DNA of 58,210 bases from a virus. Lineage: Duplodnaviria > Caudoviricetes. The notes beneath the pieces are model-generated. The model saw only the letters and a program-made list of their open reading frames with translations, was not told the origin of the DNA and did no database searches. Below are positions 7,413-18,135 of this stretch, in pieces (the first letter of the stretch is position 1; every line of letters begins with the position of its first letter). A program made the position numbers and the translations under genes. The stretch is taken from IMG/VR virus record IMGVR_UViG_3300007735_000763, positions 1-58,210 of that record. One strand, written 5' to 3'.

Positions 7413-9554
7413 ATGGAAAATGAAGGCATCATGGCCTTGCCTGAGGGGCAGGGCGCACAACCCGACGCACTCCCTCAACTGTCCAGTGCCGACACCTACG
7501 ATGCGGTGCTCACGGGCCTTGGGAACAACAGCCCAGAGCAGTCCGCTGCCGTAAAGAGTGCGGTTCGTCAGGCCATTGCCGAGCTAAACCTTTCTCCCGA
7601 AGAGCTTGATGCCGTACTCCAGGTGCTGGAGTACATGTCGCAGAACCCGCAGGAGTACGGGAAGCTCCGTCAAAGCCTAATCGACCGGGATCTGATGGAT
7701 CCCGATGACCTGCCCGAGCAGTATGACGCCGAGTTCCTGGGCACCGCCCTCATGGTGCTCAACGAGGCGAAGCTGGCTCGAGCGGAGACCGCACAGGCGG
7801 TCACGCAGATGGCCCCAGAGGTCGAGGGCCTCGGCCCACTGCCCATGGCCGAAGGCGGTCTGGCCGACATGGCCCGTGTGCTGGCTGCGCAAGGCCGTAA
7901 TGGCGACACCATGCTGGCGCATATCACGCCGGCCGAGGCGCGTTTGCTTAAAAGCCGGGGCGGTGCTGGGACATACAACCCGTATACCGGCCTGCCTGAG
8001 TTTTTCCTGAAGAAACTCTTCAAGGGCATCAAAAAAGCAGTCAAGAGTCTTCTCAAGAACCCAATCGTCCGTGTCGTTGCCACCGTAGCACTAGCCTCCT
8101 TTATGGGCCCTGCTGCGGCAAGTGTGGTAGGCACTATCGCTCCTGGCGCTGCGGCTGCTACAGCGGCTGCGGCATCCACGGCGTTGGCAAGCGTGGCTTC
8201 TTCCGCTGCGGTCAGTGCAATGGCGGGGGAGAAGATCGACCCAAAGAGCCTTTTGATCAATGCCGCGACCAGTTACTTTGGAGCAGGCGGCACGATCGGG
8301 GGCTACAACCCTGTTCAAAGCATTGCCAAGTCTGATTTCTTGAGGAACTTTGGCATTACTCCGGGCAGCAGCACGGCAACGGGTATTGCGACAGGCATCA
8401 CCAATACGGCGATCGGCAGAGCCGCCGGCATGGACACGCAACAGGCCTTGTTGATGGGCATTCAAAGCGGCGTAATGGCCGGGATGCAACAGAGCCGAAG
8501 CCTTGCGGATCTCGCTAAACAAACGCCGGATGCGCTTAAGGAGATGGGGTATTCGGATGCCCAGGTTGCAGACATCCAAAAAGGCATTGCACCGGGAGCG
8601 CCTGCCGTTGCTCAGACAAAGCCCGCTGCTACGCCTGCCGAGGTAGAAGGAGCCAAGACTGCGGCAGCTCAAACAGCGGGAGCTGGCGGCATAGAGCAGA
8701 TATCAACGGCGATGGATCTGCCAAGACTATCCAGCCTAACCCCGCCACCTGGCATGCAATATGACGTAGGAACAGGCAAGTTCGTGCCTGTGGGCACTGT
8801 AGGAACCATGGCGCCGAGCGCGGCGGCACCTGGGGGCTTTGACTACACAAAACTGACTGCTGGGCAGCGGTTTGGGGAGATCTTTTCACCTTCGCCGGGC
8901 AACGAAAGCACGATTGTTGATCGCTTGACAAACGCTTTCTTGGTCAACCCCGCCGCAAAAACCGATGTGGGTCGTTATCTCCCGGCGGGGCTGACATTAG
9001 CGGGTATTGGCGCACTAACAGGAAGCTACAAGTCACAGCCCGTAGATCAAAATCCCGCTTTTAACCGGGATTACACCGGCATGAACTACATCCGGGATAA
9101 CCCGCAGCTTTTTGGCGGCAGTTTAGGGCGCGTTGAGGGGATGCCTGCTCCATATAACCCACTTGTGCCCACGTCGCCCTATGGCCCAATGCCTATGGGA
9201 GCCCCTCCTACAGTTATTCCGCGTGGCGCGACTTTACGCCCCGCTGGCATTGTGCAGCCGTATAACATTGCGGGGCTTTACGGGGTGCCTGACCTAAATC
9301 CTCCCGTTGAACAGCCGATCTACATGAACCGGGGTGGTGACCCATCCAAATTTCCGCGTAAAACGGGACCGATCAACGGCCCTGGCACGGGCACTTCAGA
9401 TTCGATTCCCGCCATGCTGTCCGACGGGGAATTTGTATTTACGGCCAAGGCCGTTCGTAACGCCGGCGGCGGCAGTCGTCGCAAGGGCGCGAAGCGTATG
9501 TATGCCTTGATGAAAAAACTTGAAGGCGGACCAGTCATGAAGGGTGACGCATAA
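7413..9554 (+). CDS. internal virion / DNA ejection protein with hydrophobic helices
   Basis: GRNGDTMLAHI...NPYTGLPEF and GPGTGTSDSIPAMLSDGEFV motifs; Ala/Gly-rich; GGAAAGGA SD. Confidence 0.75.
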   Translation: MENEGIMALPEGQGAQPDALPQLSSADTYDAVLTGLGNNSPEQSAAVKSAVRQAIAELNLSPEELDAVLQVLEYMSQNPQEYGKLRQSLIDRDLMDPDDLPEQYDAEFLGTALMVLNEAKLARAETAQAVTQMAPEVEGLGPLPMAEGGLADMARVLAAQGRNGDTMLAHITPAEARLLKSRGGAGTYNPYTGLPEFFLKKLFKGIKKAVKSLLKNPIVRVVATVALASFMGPAAASVVGTIAPGAAAATAAAASTALASVASSAAVSAMAGEKIDPKSLLINAATSYFGAGGTIGGYNPVQSIAKSDFLRNFGITPGSSTATGIATGITNTAIGRAAGMDTQQALLMGIQSGVMAGMQQSRSLADLAKQTPDALKEMGYSDAQVADIQKGIAPGAPAVAQTKPAATPAEVEGAKTAAAQTAGAGGIEQISTAMDLPRLSSLTPPPGMQYDVGTGKFVPVGTVGTMAPSAAAPGGFDYTKLTAGQRFGEIFSPSPGNESTIVDRLTNAFLVNPAAKTDVGRYLPAGLTLAGIGALTGSYKSQPVDQNPAFNRDYTGMNYIRDNPQLFGGSLGRVEGMPAPYNPLVPTSPYGPMPMGAPPTVIPRGATLRPAGIVQPYNIAGLYGVPDLNPPVEQPIYMNRGGDPSKFPRKTGPINGPGTGTSDSIPAMLSDGEFVFTAKAVRNAGGGSRRKGAKRMYALMKKLEGGPVMKGDA

Positions 9555-11311
9555 TGGCCGATACAACCGTTCAACAACAAATTGTTCGCGAAGCCCCAGA
9601 AATCGAGGCATACAAACTCGATTTATTGCAGCAGGCTCGAGATCTGGCGTTTAACGTCAAACGCGATGCTGCGGGCAATATCATCGGTTCCACGACTCCT
9701 CTTTCCCAGCAACTTCCCGGTTACACGGTTGCAGGCTTTTCGCCCGCACAAATCGCTGCAATGCGGGCCGCCGAAACGCAGGGCGTGGGCTCGTATATGC
9801 CCTACATTTCTGCCGCTAATCAGGCAGTTGGAGCAGGGGCCCAAACGACCGCCGAGGCCGCAGACGTACTGCGTGGAGCGGATACGCGCAATCAGTTTTT
9901 TGATGCGCAGCAGGCTATGCGCAATGCCGCATTAGCAGGCAGTGGGATTGCAACTGGAGTAGGGCAGCTCGGCACGGGGCTTGGCTATCTTGACTTGGCC
10001 GCCCAACGCGCTTTGGCCTCCGATGTCTCAGGACGCTTAGGCGGAGCTTACCAAGACGTAGAGACAGGCCTTGGCGCATTAGCCACGGCCCAGAACATGG
10101 CGGCCCTTGCCTCGCAAGCAGAGATGAGGCCTGCGACGGCGGCGATTGGACAAGGACTCACGGGCCTTACCGGTGCGCAGCAGTTGGCTTTGGGCGCTGC
10201 GGGCGCGGACTTCGCCGGATCCCAAGCATTGCTTGGACAAGGCATCGGCGGCTTCCGTCCGGGCATGGAAACCGCTGCCTTTATGAACCCCTATCAACAG
10301 CAGGTGATTGATGAGGCGATGCGCCAAATCAATCGCCAGGGCCAGATCGCCCAGCAGGGGTTGTCTGCCCAGGCGGTTCGTTCGGGCGCATTCGGTGGTG
10401 AGCGAGAAGGCGTGCAACGTGCCGAGCTCGAGCGCGGGCTCATGGAGCAAAAGGCCAACACGATCGCAAGTCTCCTTAACCAGGGTTATTCGCAGGCGCA
10501 GGCCAACGCCATGGCGTCCTTTGAGCAACAGCAGCAGCGGCGCATGCAGGCAGGCCAGACTGTGGGCCAACAGGCGGCGCAACAGGCGCAGTTAGGGCAG
10601 GCGGCTGCGGGGCTTTACGGCAATCTTGCCCAGAACCAAATCGCTGCGGGGCAGGGCCTGGGACAACTTGGCGTGCAGCAGGCGCAACTGGGCCAGTCCG
10701 CTGCGAACATCTACCAGCAAGCGGCACAGAACTACGGCAACCTTGCCGCTCAGACAGGTGCACTTGCAGGCCAAGAGTCAAACATCCAACAGAACATCTC
10801 CAACCTCCTCGCTTCGCAGGCCGAACGCCGTGGGAACGTCGCGCGCACTGCTGCGGATATCTATGGAGCGCAGGCCGGGACGTTCCAGAACATCGGCCAG
10901 GGGATTGGATCGCTGGCTGGGCAGCAGTTTGGCATTGGTCAAAATATTGCGCAGGGTCTGGGTGCGTTGGGCGGTCAGTTGGGCCAACTCGGTGTACAGC
11001 AGGCCGCCTTGGGTCAGACGGCGCAGGCGCTTCAGCAGGGCGACGTCAACTTCCTCTATAACGTGGGTCAGGCGCAGCAGGCCCTCAATCAACAGGTCGA
11101 GGATGCCAAGCGCGCGACTGCATTGCAGTCCATCTATGCGCCGTACCAGCAGGTCGGGTTCCTATCGGACGTCTATCGCGGTGCGCCGTCTACCTCGATG
11201 TCTACAATGGTTGCAAGCCAGCCCACGGCAAGCCCGTTCCAGCAAGCCGTCGGCATCGGACTTGGTGCAGTTGGTACACTGGCAGGCGCAAAGAAGGCCG
11301 GACTTTTCTAA
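9554..11311 (+). CDS. internal virion / ejection (pilot-like) protein, Gln/Ala/Gly-rich
   Basis: FMNPYQQQVID...GAFGGER motif; C-terminal glycine-zipper. Confidence 0.75.
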   Translation: MADTTVQQQIVREAPEIEAYKLDLLQQARDLAFNVKRDAAGNIIGSTTPLSQQLPGYTVAGFSPAQIAAMRAAETQGVGSYMPYISAANQAVGAGAQTTAEAADVLRGADTRNQFFDAQQAMRNAALAGSGIATGVGQLGTGLGYLDLAAQRALASDVSGRLGGAYQDVETGLGALATAQNMAALASQAEMRPATAAIGQGLTGLTGAQQLALGAAGADFAGSQALLGQGIGGFRPGMETAAFMNPYQQQVIDEAMRQINRQGQIAQQGLSAQAVRSGAFGGEREGVQRAELERGLMEQKANTIASLLNQGYSQAQANAMASFEQQQQRRMQAGQTVGQQAAQQAQLGQAAAGLYGNLAQNQIAAGQGLGQLGVQQAQLGQSAANIYQQAAQNYGNLAAQTGALAGQESNIQQNISNLLASQAERRGNVARTAADIYGAQAGTFQNIGQGIGSLAGQQFGIGQNIAQGLGALGGQLGQLGVQQAALGQTAQALQQGDVNFLYNVGQAQQALNQQVEDAKRATALQSIYAPYQQVGFLSDVYRGAPSTSMSTMVASQPTASPFQQAVGIGLGAVGTLAGAKKAGLF

Positions 11312-11320
11312 GGGGTCGAC

Positions 11321-13378
11321 ATGGCAAACGCACGAGAAATGTTAGACGACGTCGACAATGTCGGCATCATGCAAGGCTTCATGGACGAGATGGAAGACGA
11401 CATGGAGGAAGAAGAGGGCGCAGACGAGGAATACTCGGCTGCGAAGATGCTCGATCGTCGCCCCGACTCGCCTGAGATCCTCATGAACAACCTTCGCGGA
11501 GACATGCGCTCAGTCGATGCCCGTCGCGAAGAGCTTGCCGATCTTGTAGGCTACGCGGCCGCGTCAGAGACCCCGGACTCTGTGCTTGCCATGCTCCAGC
11601 CTGTGCTCGCGCAGCAGGGCGGTCTTGGCGCGCTTCCACAATCAGGGCCCATGGCTCAAGGGCCACAGGCACCGATGATGCCGCCGCCTCCGGGACCCAT
11701 GGCCCCACCTCCTCCTGGCGCGCCGCCTATGCCGCCCGAGGCCATGATGCCTCCCCCTCCGCAAGACGGAGGCATCGCTGCACTTCTTGCGGCCGGTGCT
11801 CCCGGAGGCGGCCAGGCACCTCCGCAAGCGCCGATCAACATGAGAGACGGCGGGTATGTACAGCATTTTCAGCGCGGGTCAGATGAGGAAGGCGTGACCC
11901 AGTCTGAGGAAGATGATTCGCCTTCCGGGATGCAGGTCACCCCAGACATGGTGCAGCTTGCTCGTGCCGGCTATAACCGACTCTTGACGCAGCAAATTGC
12001 TCCTGAAGTCAACCTGCGCACGCGTACCGCAGAACGAGAAAAGCTCTATCGAGAACTTCTCGGCGACAACAAAGAGATGCAACAGGCGCAGCTCCTTTTG
12101 ATGCTGGGCCAGAAGGGCCTGCAACTTGCCGGCAACGTCGATGCGCAGGGCCGTCCTTTGCGCGGTTCAACATTGAGTCGTTTTGCGACCGTGGCATCCG
12201 AGGTGCCTGGCGCAGTCAGTCAGTTTATCTCTGATGTTGACAAGCGGCAGAACGCGATTCGCATGGCCGCGATTCAAGCGGCAGAAAAAGAGTCCGAACA
12301 GACGCGAGAGAGCAATCTCAGGCTCATCGAATCGCAGCGTAAGGCGTTTGGTGACATCCTTAAGAGCGCAAAAACTTCGCTGGGAGACTTTGGTAAGGGC
12401 GGTCTTGGCCCGCATTGGAACTTTGTTTTGAGGCCGGGGGTCGCTCAAGCGTTTGCGGACGGCGAACTGGACACCGACGACGCCAATCGGTTTGTCGCTT
12501 CGGCAAACGTCATTCTTGCAGACGGCCGTCCGAGGACAGAACGCTTTACCAATGATCAAGGCTATCTCGTCACTCGGCAGGTTCCGGGGTACGAAGTGCC
12601 TTGGTTGAGCCAAGCGTTGAATCAGGGGATTCCGCTATATCGCCAAGGGCCGCGTCCCGCGACAAAACCGAATACGGTTCCTATTGGCGCAGGGACCATC
12701 TCTCCTGATGCTGCGCCAGCGCCGGCTGCGGAACCTACAGGAGAGCCTACAGCAGAACCCACAGTGGCACCTACGGCAGCGCCCGCGACGGGCCCTGCCG
12801 CAACTAGCGGGATAAGTGCCGCCGAGCGTCAGTTTGCGCAGCCCACGATCTGGGCCGCTGCGCAGCAGGGTATTGGCTTTATCCCCAAGCTTAGTTCTGA
12901 GCTTGCTCGTCGGCTTCCGGTAAATATTGCTGGCGAACTGGGGCGCACCCAGCAACAGGCTGCGGAAACGATTGCTAAACTTGCTCCGCGCGTTGCAATT
13001 GCCTTGCGTGAAACGACTAAGCTTGCGGAGGGCGAGCGGCAGGATATCAACATGTACCTGAACCTCGACCCGCAATATCTTGAGAACCGTGTTGGTTACC
13101 TTAACAACTTGGTTTCTCTCGGTCAGGTGCTTTATCGCATCCGTAACGACGCATTGGACAAGGCTTCGGATCGCACTCTGTCAAACACGGTTGCTAATGA
13201 ACAGCGCATGAAGGCAAGCGAGATCCAAGCGGTAATTAACATGGTGGGCATACCGCCGGTCGTGTCGACCCGTGAGGAATACCTTAGACTACCAATCGGC
13301 GCTCAGTTCCTTGTGTTTAACCGCGAAAAGCAGGCTTGGGTGCCGGATACTCGAAAAGCGTTGCCTGACGAACAGTAA
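11321..13378 (+). CDS. internal virion / ejection protein
   Basis: Long coupled ORF; acidic N-terminus, Pro-rich linker, helical body. Confidence 0.7.
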   Translation: MANAREMLDDVDNVGIMQGFMDEMEDDMEEEEGADEEYSAAKMLDRRPDSPEILMNNLRGDMRSVDARREELADLVGYAAASETPDSVLAMLQPVLAQQGGLGALPQSGPMAQGPQAPMMPPPPGPMAPPPPGAPPMPPEAMMPPPPQDGGIAALLAAGAPGGGQAPPQAPINMRDGGYVQHFQRGSDEEGVTQSEEDDSPSGMQVTPDMVQLARAGYNRLLTQQIAPEVNLRTRTAEREKLYRELLGDNKEMQQAQLLLMLGQKGLQLAGNVDAQGRPLRGSTLSRFATVASEVPGAVSQFISDVDKRQNAIRMAAIQAAEKESEQTRESNLRLIESQRKAFGDILKSAKTSLGDFGKGGLGPHWNFVLRPGVAQAFADGELDTDDANRFVASANVILADGRPRTERFTNDQGYLVTRQVPGYEVPWLSQALNQGIPLYRQGPRPATKPNTVPIGAGTISPDAAPAPAAEPTGEPTAEPTVAPTAAPATGPAATSGISAAERQFAQPTIWAAAQQGIGFIPKLSSELARRLPVNIAGELGRTQQQAAETIAKLAPRVAIALRETTKLAEGERQDINMYLNLDPQYLENRVGYLNNLVSLGQVLYRIRNDALDKASDRTLSNTVANEQRMKASEIQAVINMVGIPPVVSTREEYLRLPIGAQFLVFNREKQAWVPDTRKALPDEQ

Positions 13379-13393
13379 GAGGTCTATTCCAAG

Positions 13394-16300
13394 ATGGAAG
13401 ACGAACCGCAGTTTACACAGGAAGACCTCCAGGCACTTTTGGCCACGCCTCCTGGCTCCCCACGACCCGATGTAACCGTAACGCGTATTGGGGATCGTGA
13501 GATCGAGCCAGTTGAGCCTTTGATCTCTCGACAGATCAAGGGAGACCCCTCGGCCATCGCCATGAAAGAGCCTGGCCAGCCAGGCGGTCGTACGGCTTCG
13601 CCGGATTCATTGAGTCAAGAAGATCTCGCGGCCTTTGGTCACGTGCCTGACTCAGCGGGGGCTAACACTGCGGATGCAGCGAAGCAGTATGCTCGAGGCA
13701 CCGCAGCGGGTCTTCTTGAGACCGGACCTGCGATCTCTGGCGCTATCTTTGGCGGACGCATGGGCGCCATGATGGCGTACGGCATGGGCCCTCTGGCGCC
13801 GTATGCGCCTGTCATTGGCGCAGGCGCTGGATTTATGGCCGGTCTTTTGACAGGAAAGCCCCTGTCAGAACTCCTGGTCGAAGCCCCGGAAAGTAAAGAT
13901 CTCGTCCCTTATTTTGAAGGCGGCAAGACTTTTGGCGATACGATTGCTTTTGCACCGGCTGCTTTCTATCTCCCGTCGGCACTGGGCACCAGAATCGGCC
14001 CTTATATCAGCAGACTCGGAGAGTTTGCTCGTAAATCCCCTAAGTCATATCTACTTGGCGAAACAACGGGCGGTTTGTCGAGTTCCGTAGGCACCATCCT
14101 GGCGGAAGAGGCTGCGCCAGGTCAGGCGGGTGTGCGCTTTGCTAGTGAACTGACCTTTGGTATTGCAAACCCCGCTCGATTTGTCCCGAACCTGACATCC
14201 TGGGGCGCAAGTAAGATTAAAACGCTTTGGGCCCTGCGCACGGCGGAGGGGCGCGAGGCTTTTGTTACCGCTGGAGCGGAGTCTGCACGAGATGAAGCTA
14301 CTCGCCGGCTGATTCAAATCCTTGAGCAGCAGGGCGAAGACATCCCTGGTCTCATCAAGGCCCTAGAAGAGCCCCTTCCGGGTGCTCCAGCCGTCAGTTA
14401 TCCCCCCGGCGGCCAACGCGGGCAGATGACTGGCCCCACCGCTGCACAAAAGACGGGCTCGGTTGCGCTTTCACAACTCGAAGCCGCGCTTGGTACGTTG
14501 GATCCTAACTTTAGCGCGGAACTGACCGAGCAAGGGCGGCAGGCGTTGCTTGCTTTCTCTCGCGTCGTAAACAAGCTCCAAGAAGCGGGGTCGCCGGAGG
14601 CGCTTCAGATCGCCGCAGAGATGCGTGAGCAGTTCTTTACCAACGCGATCAACAATCGCATGGAAAGAGCCAATGCCCGCGCGGCAGAAAGGATTGCTCG
14701 AATCAGTCGCGACACTCCGGCGGCGCGCGTACAGATCGGACAGATCGTGCGCGACGAGGTTGAACAAGCGCTCGAGAACGCCCGTGCAGCAGAGCGTTTT
14801 TATTGGGAACGCGCTGATCGTGAGGCTATGCGCCCTCAGGGAACCATTCGGGTGCAGGACCAGGCCGCTATGTCGCCTTTGGTCGACGCAGCCTATAAGC
14901 GAGAAGCCAGTCTTGTGCTTCAAAGCCTCCGCCAGGCCCGTGACATTAACGTCAACGATGTAGGCCAGGTCTCTCGCTACACGAAAGAAAAAGCCGTCTC
15001 TATTGCTGAGTTCATCCGTCGTAATGGCGGTATTACGGATATTGGTGGCGAACTCGCTGCGCGAGATATCAATAACAAGCGATTCCGTGGCCTCGTCAAA
15101 GCGCCGCGTGAGACGCAAAGTGGCGTGTTGCTACCAAAGGACCCGCGATCGGGCGAAGACGCCGTACGCGAGAAGCTCTTTGACGCGGGATATTTCCCTG
15201 GTAAGCGTAACTACAGCGACATCACCCTCGAAGAAATTGCCGATGCGTTGGAGCAGGACCTTTCCGGTAACCGTTTTTGGCAGGGCACGGTGCGCGAGAA
15301 GTTGGCGCCCGTCTTTGCAGAACGCGAAGTCATTGATGAATGGGCCTCGCAAGGCATCGATCGCAGCATGGACGTTGCGAGCATCGCGGCTCGGATGCGG
15401 TCGCTTGACGAAGCAGCGCGTAAATCCGGTACTACGACCTATGTAAACGTAGAGCGCATTGCTGGCCCTGGGGTCAAGACGATCCCGCGCCCGCGTCAGC
15501 TTATCCCCGAAAACACCGTACGCGCGTACCTCGAGCGTGTGGCCCAGATTGGCCCAGCATTAACGGATTCGATGATCCCGGCGGATGTCCGGCGCATCAT
15601 GTCTAGTCTGGGCATTGGCGATGAGGCGATCGCGCTGTATCGCCGAGGACGTGCCACGGATCAGTTTGCCAAGACGGGCAAGGTGCATTATCGGTACTTG
15701 CCCCGTCCCGAGCAGCTCTCAAAGATCAAGCCGGGCGATCTGATCAACTATCGATCAAACCTCCTTGCACTGGGCAGACAAGCGCGTGCTCGAGGCGAGG
15801 TCTCTGATGCAAGTTTTTACAGCTATCTCGCAGAGTCGATGCTGGATGACCTGTCGAAGCTCGATAACCCCGCCTATGACAAAGCGCGTGAGTTCTCGAA
15901 CGCGTTGAACGACACCTTTACCCGGACGTTTGCTAACGACTTGTTGGGCACCGCCCGCACTGGAGCAGACAGGTTCCCTGCGGAGACTTTGGTCGAGGAT
16001 GCCTTTGGTGTTGGTGCGGATCTCACCGCCCTTCGCATGAAAGAGATTGAGAACGCCGTGGGTTTCATGCGCGATCGGCTTGCTAAAGCCGCCGCTGAAG
16101 CGCCTGCGGTAATCCCTGGCGATACGCGTTTTGAAGACGAAGCCAGGATGCTTCGTGAGTTTGCGCAGGTCTCTACGAGGGGGGTTTCCTCGATCCAGGA
16201 CGCGCAGAACCGTGTACTTCGCCTACTTGCCTCTAAAACTATTCGGCAAGATCCCGCGACAAACACGCTGCGTCTCAATAACACCCAGCTGAATAAGTTT

Positions 16301-17428
16301 GTAGCGGAGAACAAACCTCTGCTAGATCAGCTCGGTATCACGGGCGATCTGACGGATGCGGTGCAGGCAGAGAATGTCCTTCGCGCGGTGCTCGAGCAGA
16401 ACAGTGTCTTGAACAAAAACGTCCGCAATCAGACGGCCTTCTCGCAGGTCTTGTCCTTTGAGAATCCGACCAATGCGATTGCGGCGGCCCTGCGTAGCAA
16501 GTTCCCCATGCGAAGCATGGCGCGGATTGCTCGTCTTGCGCAGCGCGGCGGCCCGGAGGCCATGGAAGGGCTCAAGTCATCGTTGTATGACTATGTCTTC
16601 ACCAAGGCCTCTGGCGGCACGGACGTTCTTGACCCGAAGAAGTTCAAGGACGCGTTCTTTAAGCCGTTTGCCAAGGATCAGCCAGCACTTGCCGACATCA
16701 TGCGCACTCAAGGCATCATGTCGCCACAGGAACTGACTAATGTTCGTCGTCTCGCAGACCAGATGCTTCGCATCGAAGATGCGATGGATAACAAAGTAGC
16801 GCTTCAGAACATCATCCAGGGCGCAGATGCGGTCAGCGAACTTGCGATGCGCGTGATCGGTTCCAAAATCGGTACGACGGCCTCTGGTGGTGGCCCTGGT
16901 GCGTTGATCGCGGCGTCCGCAGGCTCGAAGGCCATCCGTCAGATCTTTGACAAGATGCCGATGATGATGGTGCGCAAGACCATCCAGCGTGCTGCCCAGG
17001 ATCCGACGCTGATGGCGCAGTTGCTGCGTCGAGCGCCCTCTGAGCGCGAAAAGTTCCAGCTTGCCAAGTCCATGCATGCGTACATGCTGGCCGCTGGGTT
17101 GAACTATGCGACGTACGAAGAGCCGCCTGAAGCAAAGGTCGCGACCCAAGGACCACGGGCCTCGGATCAGTTGCAGAATATCCAGGATATCTACAACCGC
17201 CTGCGCGGACGGCCGCAGCCTCCGGCTCCGACCACAAGAGGCGCCCCAGGGCTCCCGCGTCAAGGGGCGGCTCCGCCTACAACGGGCGCCCCGGCAGGGG
17301 GCGGAGCACCGACGGCAGGAGCTCCTACGCAGAGTCGGCAGATGCTTCAGCAGCTCTTCCCATACGATGCGATCGTAGGGGCCGCAGCGCTGTCTCAGAA
17401 TCCGGCGATGCAGCCTCCGGTGGCCTAG
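13394..17428 (+). CDS. large internal virion / ejection protein (1344 aa)
   Basis: Last and largest gene of the core cluster; glycine-zipper near N-terminus; helical. Confidence 0.75.
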   Translation: MEDEPQFTQEDLQALLATPPGSPRPDVTVTRIGDREIEPVEPLISRQIKGDPSAIAMKEPGQPGGRTASPDSLSQEDLAAFGHVPDSAGANTADAAKQYARGTAAGLLETGPAISGAIFGGRMGAMMAYGMGPLAPYAPVIGAGAGFMAGLLTGKPLSELLVEAPESKDLVPYFEGGKTFGDTIAFAPAAFYLPSALGTRIGPYISRLGEFARKSPKSYLLGETTGGLSSSVGTILAEEAAPGQAGVRFASELTFGIANPARFVPNLTSWGASKIKTLWALRTAEGREAFVTAGAESARDEATRRLIQILEQQGEDIPGLIKALEEPLPGAPAVSYPPGGQRGQMTGPTAAQKTGSVALSQLEAALGTLDPNFSAELTEQGRQALLAFSRVVNKLQEAGSPEALQIAAEMREQFFTNAINNRMERANARAAERIARISRDTPAARVQIGQIVRDEVEQALENARAAERFYWERADREAMRPQGTIRVQDQAAMSPLVDAAYKREASLVLQSLRQARDINVNDVGQVSRYTKEKAVSIAEFIRRNGGITDIGGELAARDINNKRFRGLVKAPRETQSGVLLPKDPRSGEDAVREKLFDAGYFPGKRNYSDITLEEIADALEQDLSGNRFWQGTVREKLAPVFAEREVIDEWASQGIDRSMDVASIAARMRSLDEAARKSGTTTYVNVERIAGPGVKTIPRPRQLIPENTVRAYLERVAQIGPALTDSMIPADVRRIMSSLGIGDEAIALYRRGRATDQFAKTGKVHYRYLPRPEQLSKIKPGDLINYRSNLLALGRQARARGEVSDASFYSYLAESMLDDLSKLDNPAYDKAREFSNALNDTFTRTFANDLLGTARTGADRFPAETLVEDAFGVGADLTALRMKEIENAVGFMRDRLAKAAAEAPAVIPGDTRFEDEARMLREFAQVSTRGVSSIQDAQNRVLRLLASKTIRQDPATNTLRLNNTQLNKFVAENKPLLDQLGITGDLTDAVQAENVLRAVLEQNSVLNKNVRNQTAFSQVLSFENPTNAIAAALRSKFPMRSMARIARLAQRGGPEAMEGLKSSLYDYVFTKASGGTDVLDPKKFKDAFFKPFAKDQPALADIMRTQGIMSPQELTNVRRLADQMLRIEDAMDNKVALQNIIQGADAVSELAMRVIGSKIGTTASGGGPGALIAASAGSKAIRQIFDKMPMMMVRKTIQRAAQDPTLMAQLLRRAPSEREKFQLAKSMHAYMLAAGLNYATYEEPPEAKVATQGPRASDQLQNIQDIYNRLRGRPQPPAPTTRGAPGLPRQGAAPPTTGAPAGGGAPTAGAPTQSRQMLQQLFPYDAIVGAAALSQNPAMQPPVA

Positions 17429-18135
17429 CTAAAGTACTTAGCCATCTGGTCGCAGTCTTCGTCGTGGTAACACTCGACGCGCTTCAGCCATTCGTCTTTG
17501 TATCGGTCGAACTCCGAGCCCGTGGTGCTGAACTCCTGCGTGCCGCCTGATTGCAGCGCGATCAGCACGTAGCCGTGCTTGATCGAAGTGCCGTGCACGA
17601 TGTCGTGCGCGAGCGCGTAGGCAGCGAGCTGATGGAAATAATCCTGAATCCATTCGTGCTTTTTGGGCTTTAGGGACTGTTTGAAGTCGACAATGGCCGG
17701 ATTCCCACGGTAAACGCCTACCAAATCCGTCGTCCCGGCGTACTTACCAGGGTAGTGAAGCGCCACTTCGGACCCCCAGATCTCCCCGAGATTGACGAAA
17801 TACTCGTTCACCAGGCGATATCCCATCTCGTAGCCCTTGGTCATGAGCCAGTTGGTGGGTTTTGGTAGGTCACGGTACGCGATCATCCGCTCGATCACAT
17901 TGTGCATGTGCGTCCCAACGGTCGCCGCTTCGTTCTTGATCCGGTTTGCTTCCTCCTGCCCAACCCTCGCGGCCCACGCGTCAAGGGATTTCTTGTCCTT
18001 GGTCGCAGAGAGGATCGTGGTCACGCTAGGCAATGCAACGGCATTCCCATCCACGTATCGACGTCCGTCCGGGGTATCGACCCGTTCAAGCTTTTCGTAC
18101 TTGTAGAGCCGTTTGATCGGGATCAGATCAACCAT
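17425..18135 (-). CDS. PD-(D/E)XK exonuclease
   Basis: PSVTTIL, GTHMH, SE...YAGTTD...IVDFK, QLAAYA motifs. Confidence 0.88.
   Translation of the reverse strand: MVDLIPIKRLYKYEKLERVDTPDGRRYVDGNAVALPSVTTILSATKDKKSLDAWAARVGQEEANRIKNEAATVGTHMHNVIERMIAYRDLPKPTNWLMTKGYEMGYRLVNEYFVNLGEIWGSEVALHYPGKYAGTTDLVGVYRGNPAIVDFKQSLKPKKHEWIQDYFHQLAAYALAHDIVHGTSIKHGYVLIALQSGGTQEFSTTGSEFDRYKDEWLKRVECYHDEDCDQMAKYFS

Noticed and set aside
17425-18135. Cas4 / CRISPR association
   Set aside because: PD-(D/E)XK fold but lacks the Cas4 cysteine cluster; ordinary phage exonuclease context
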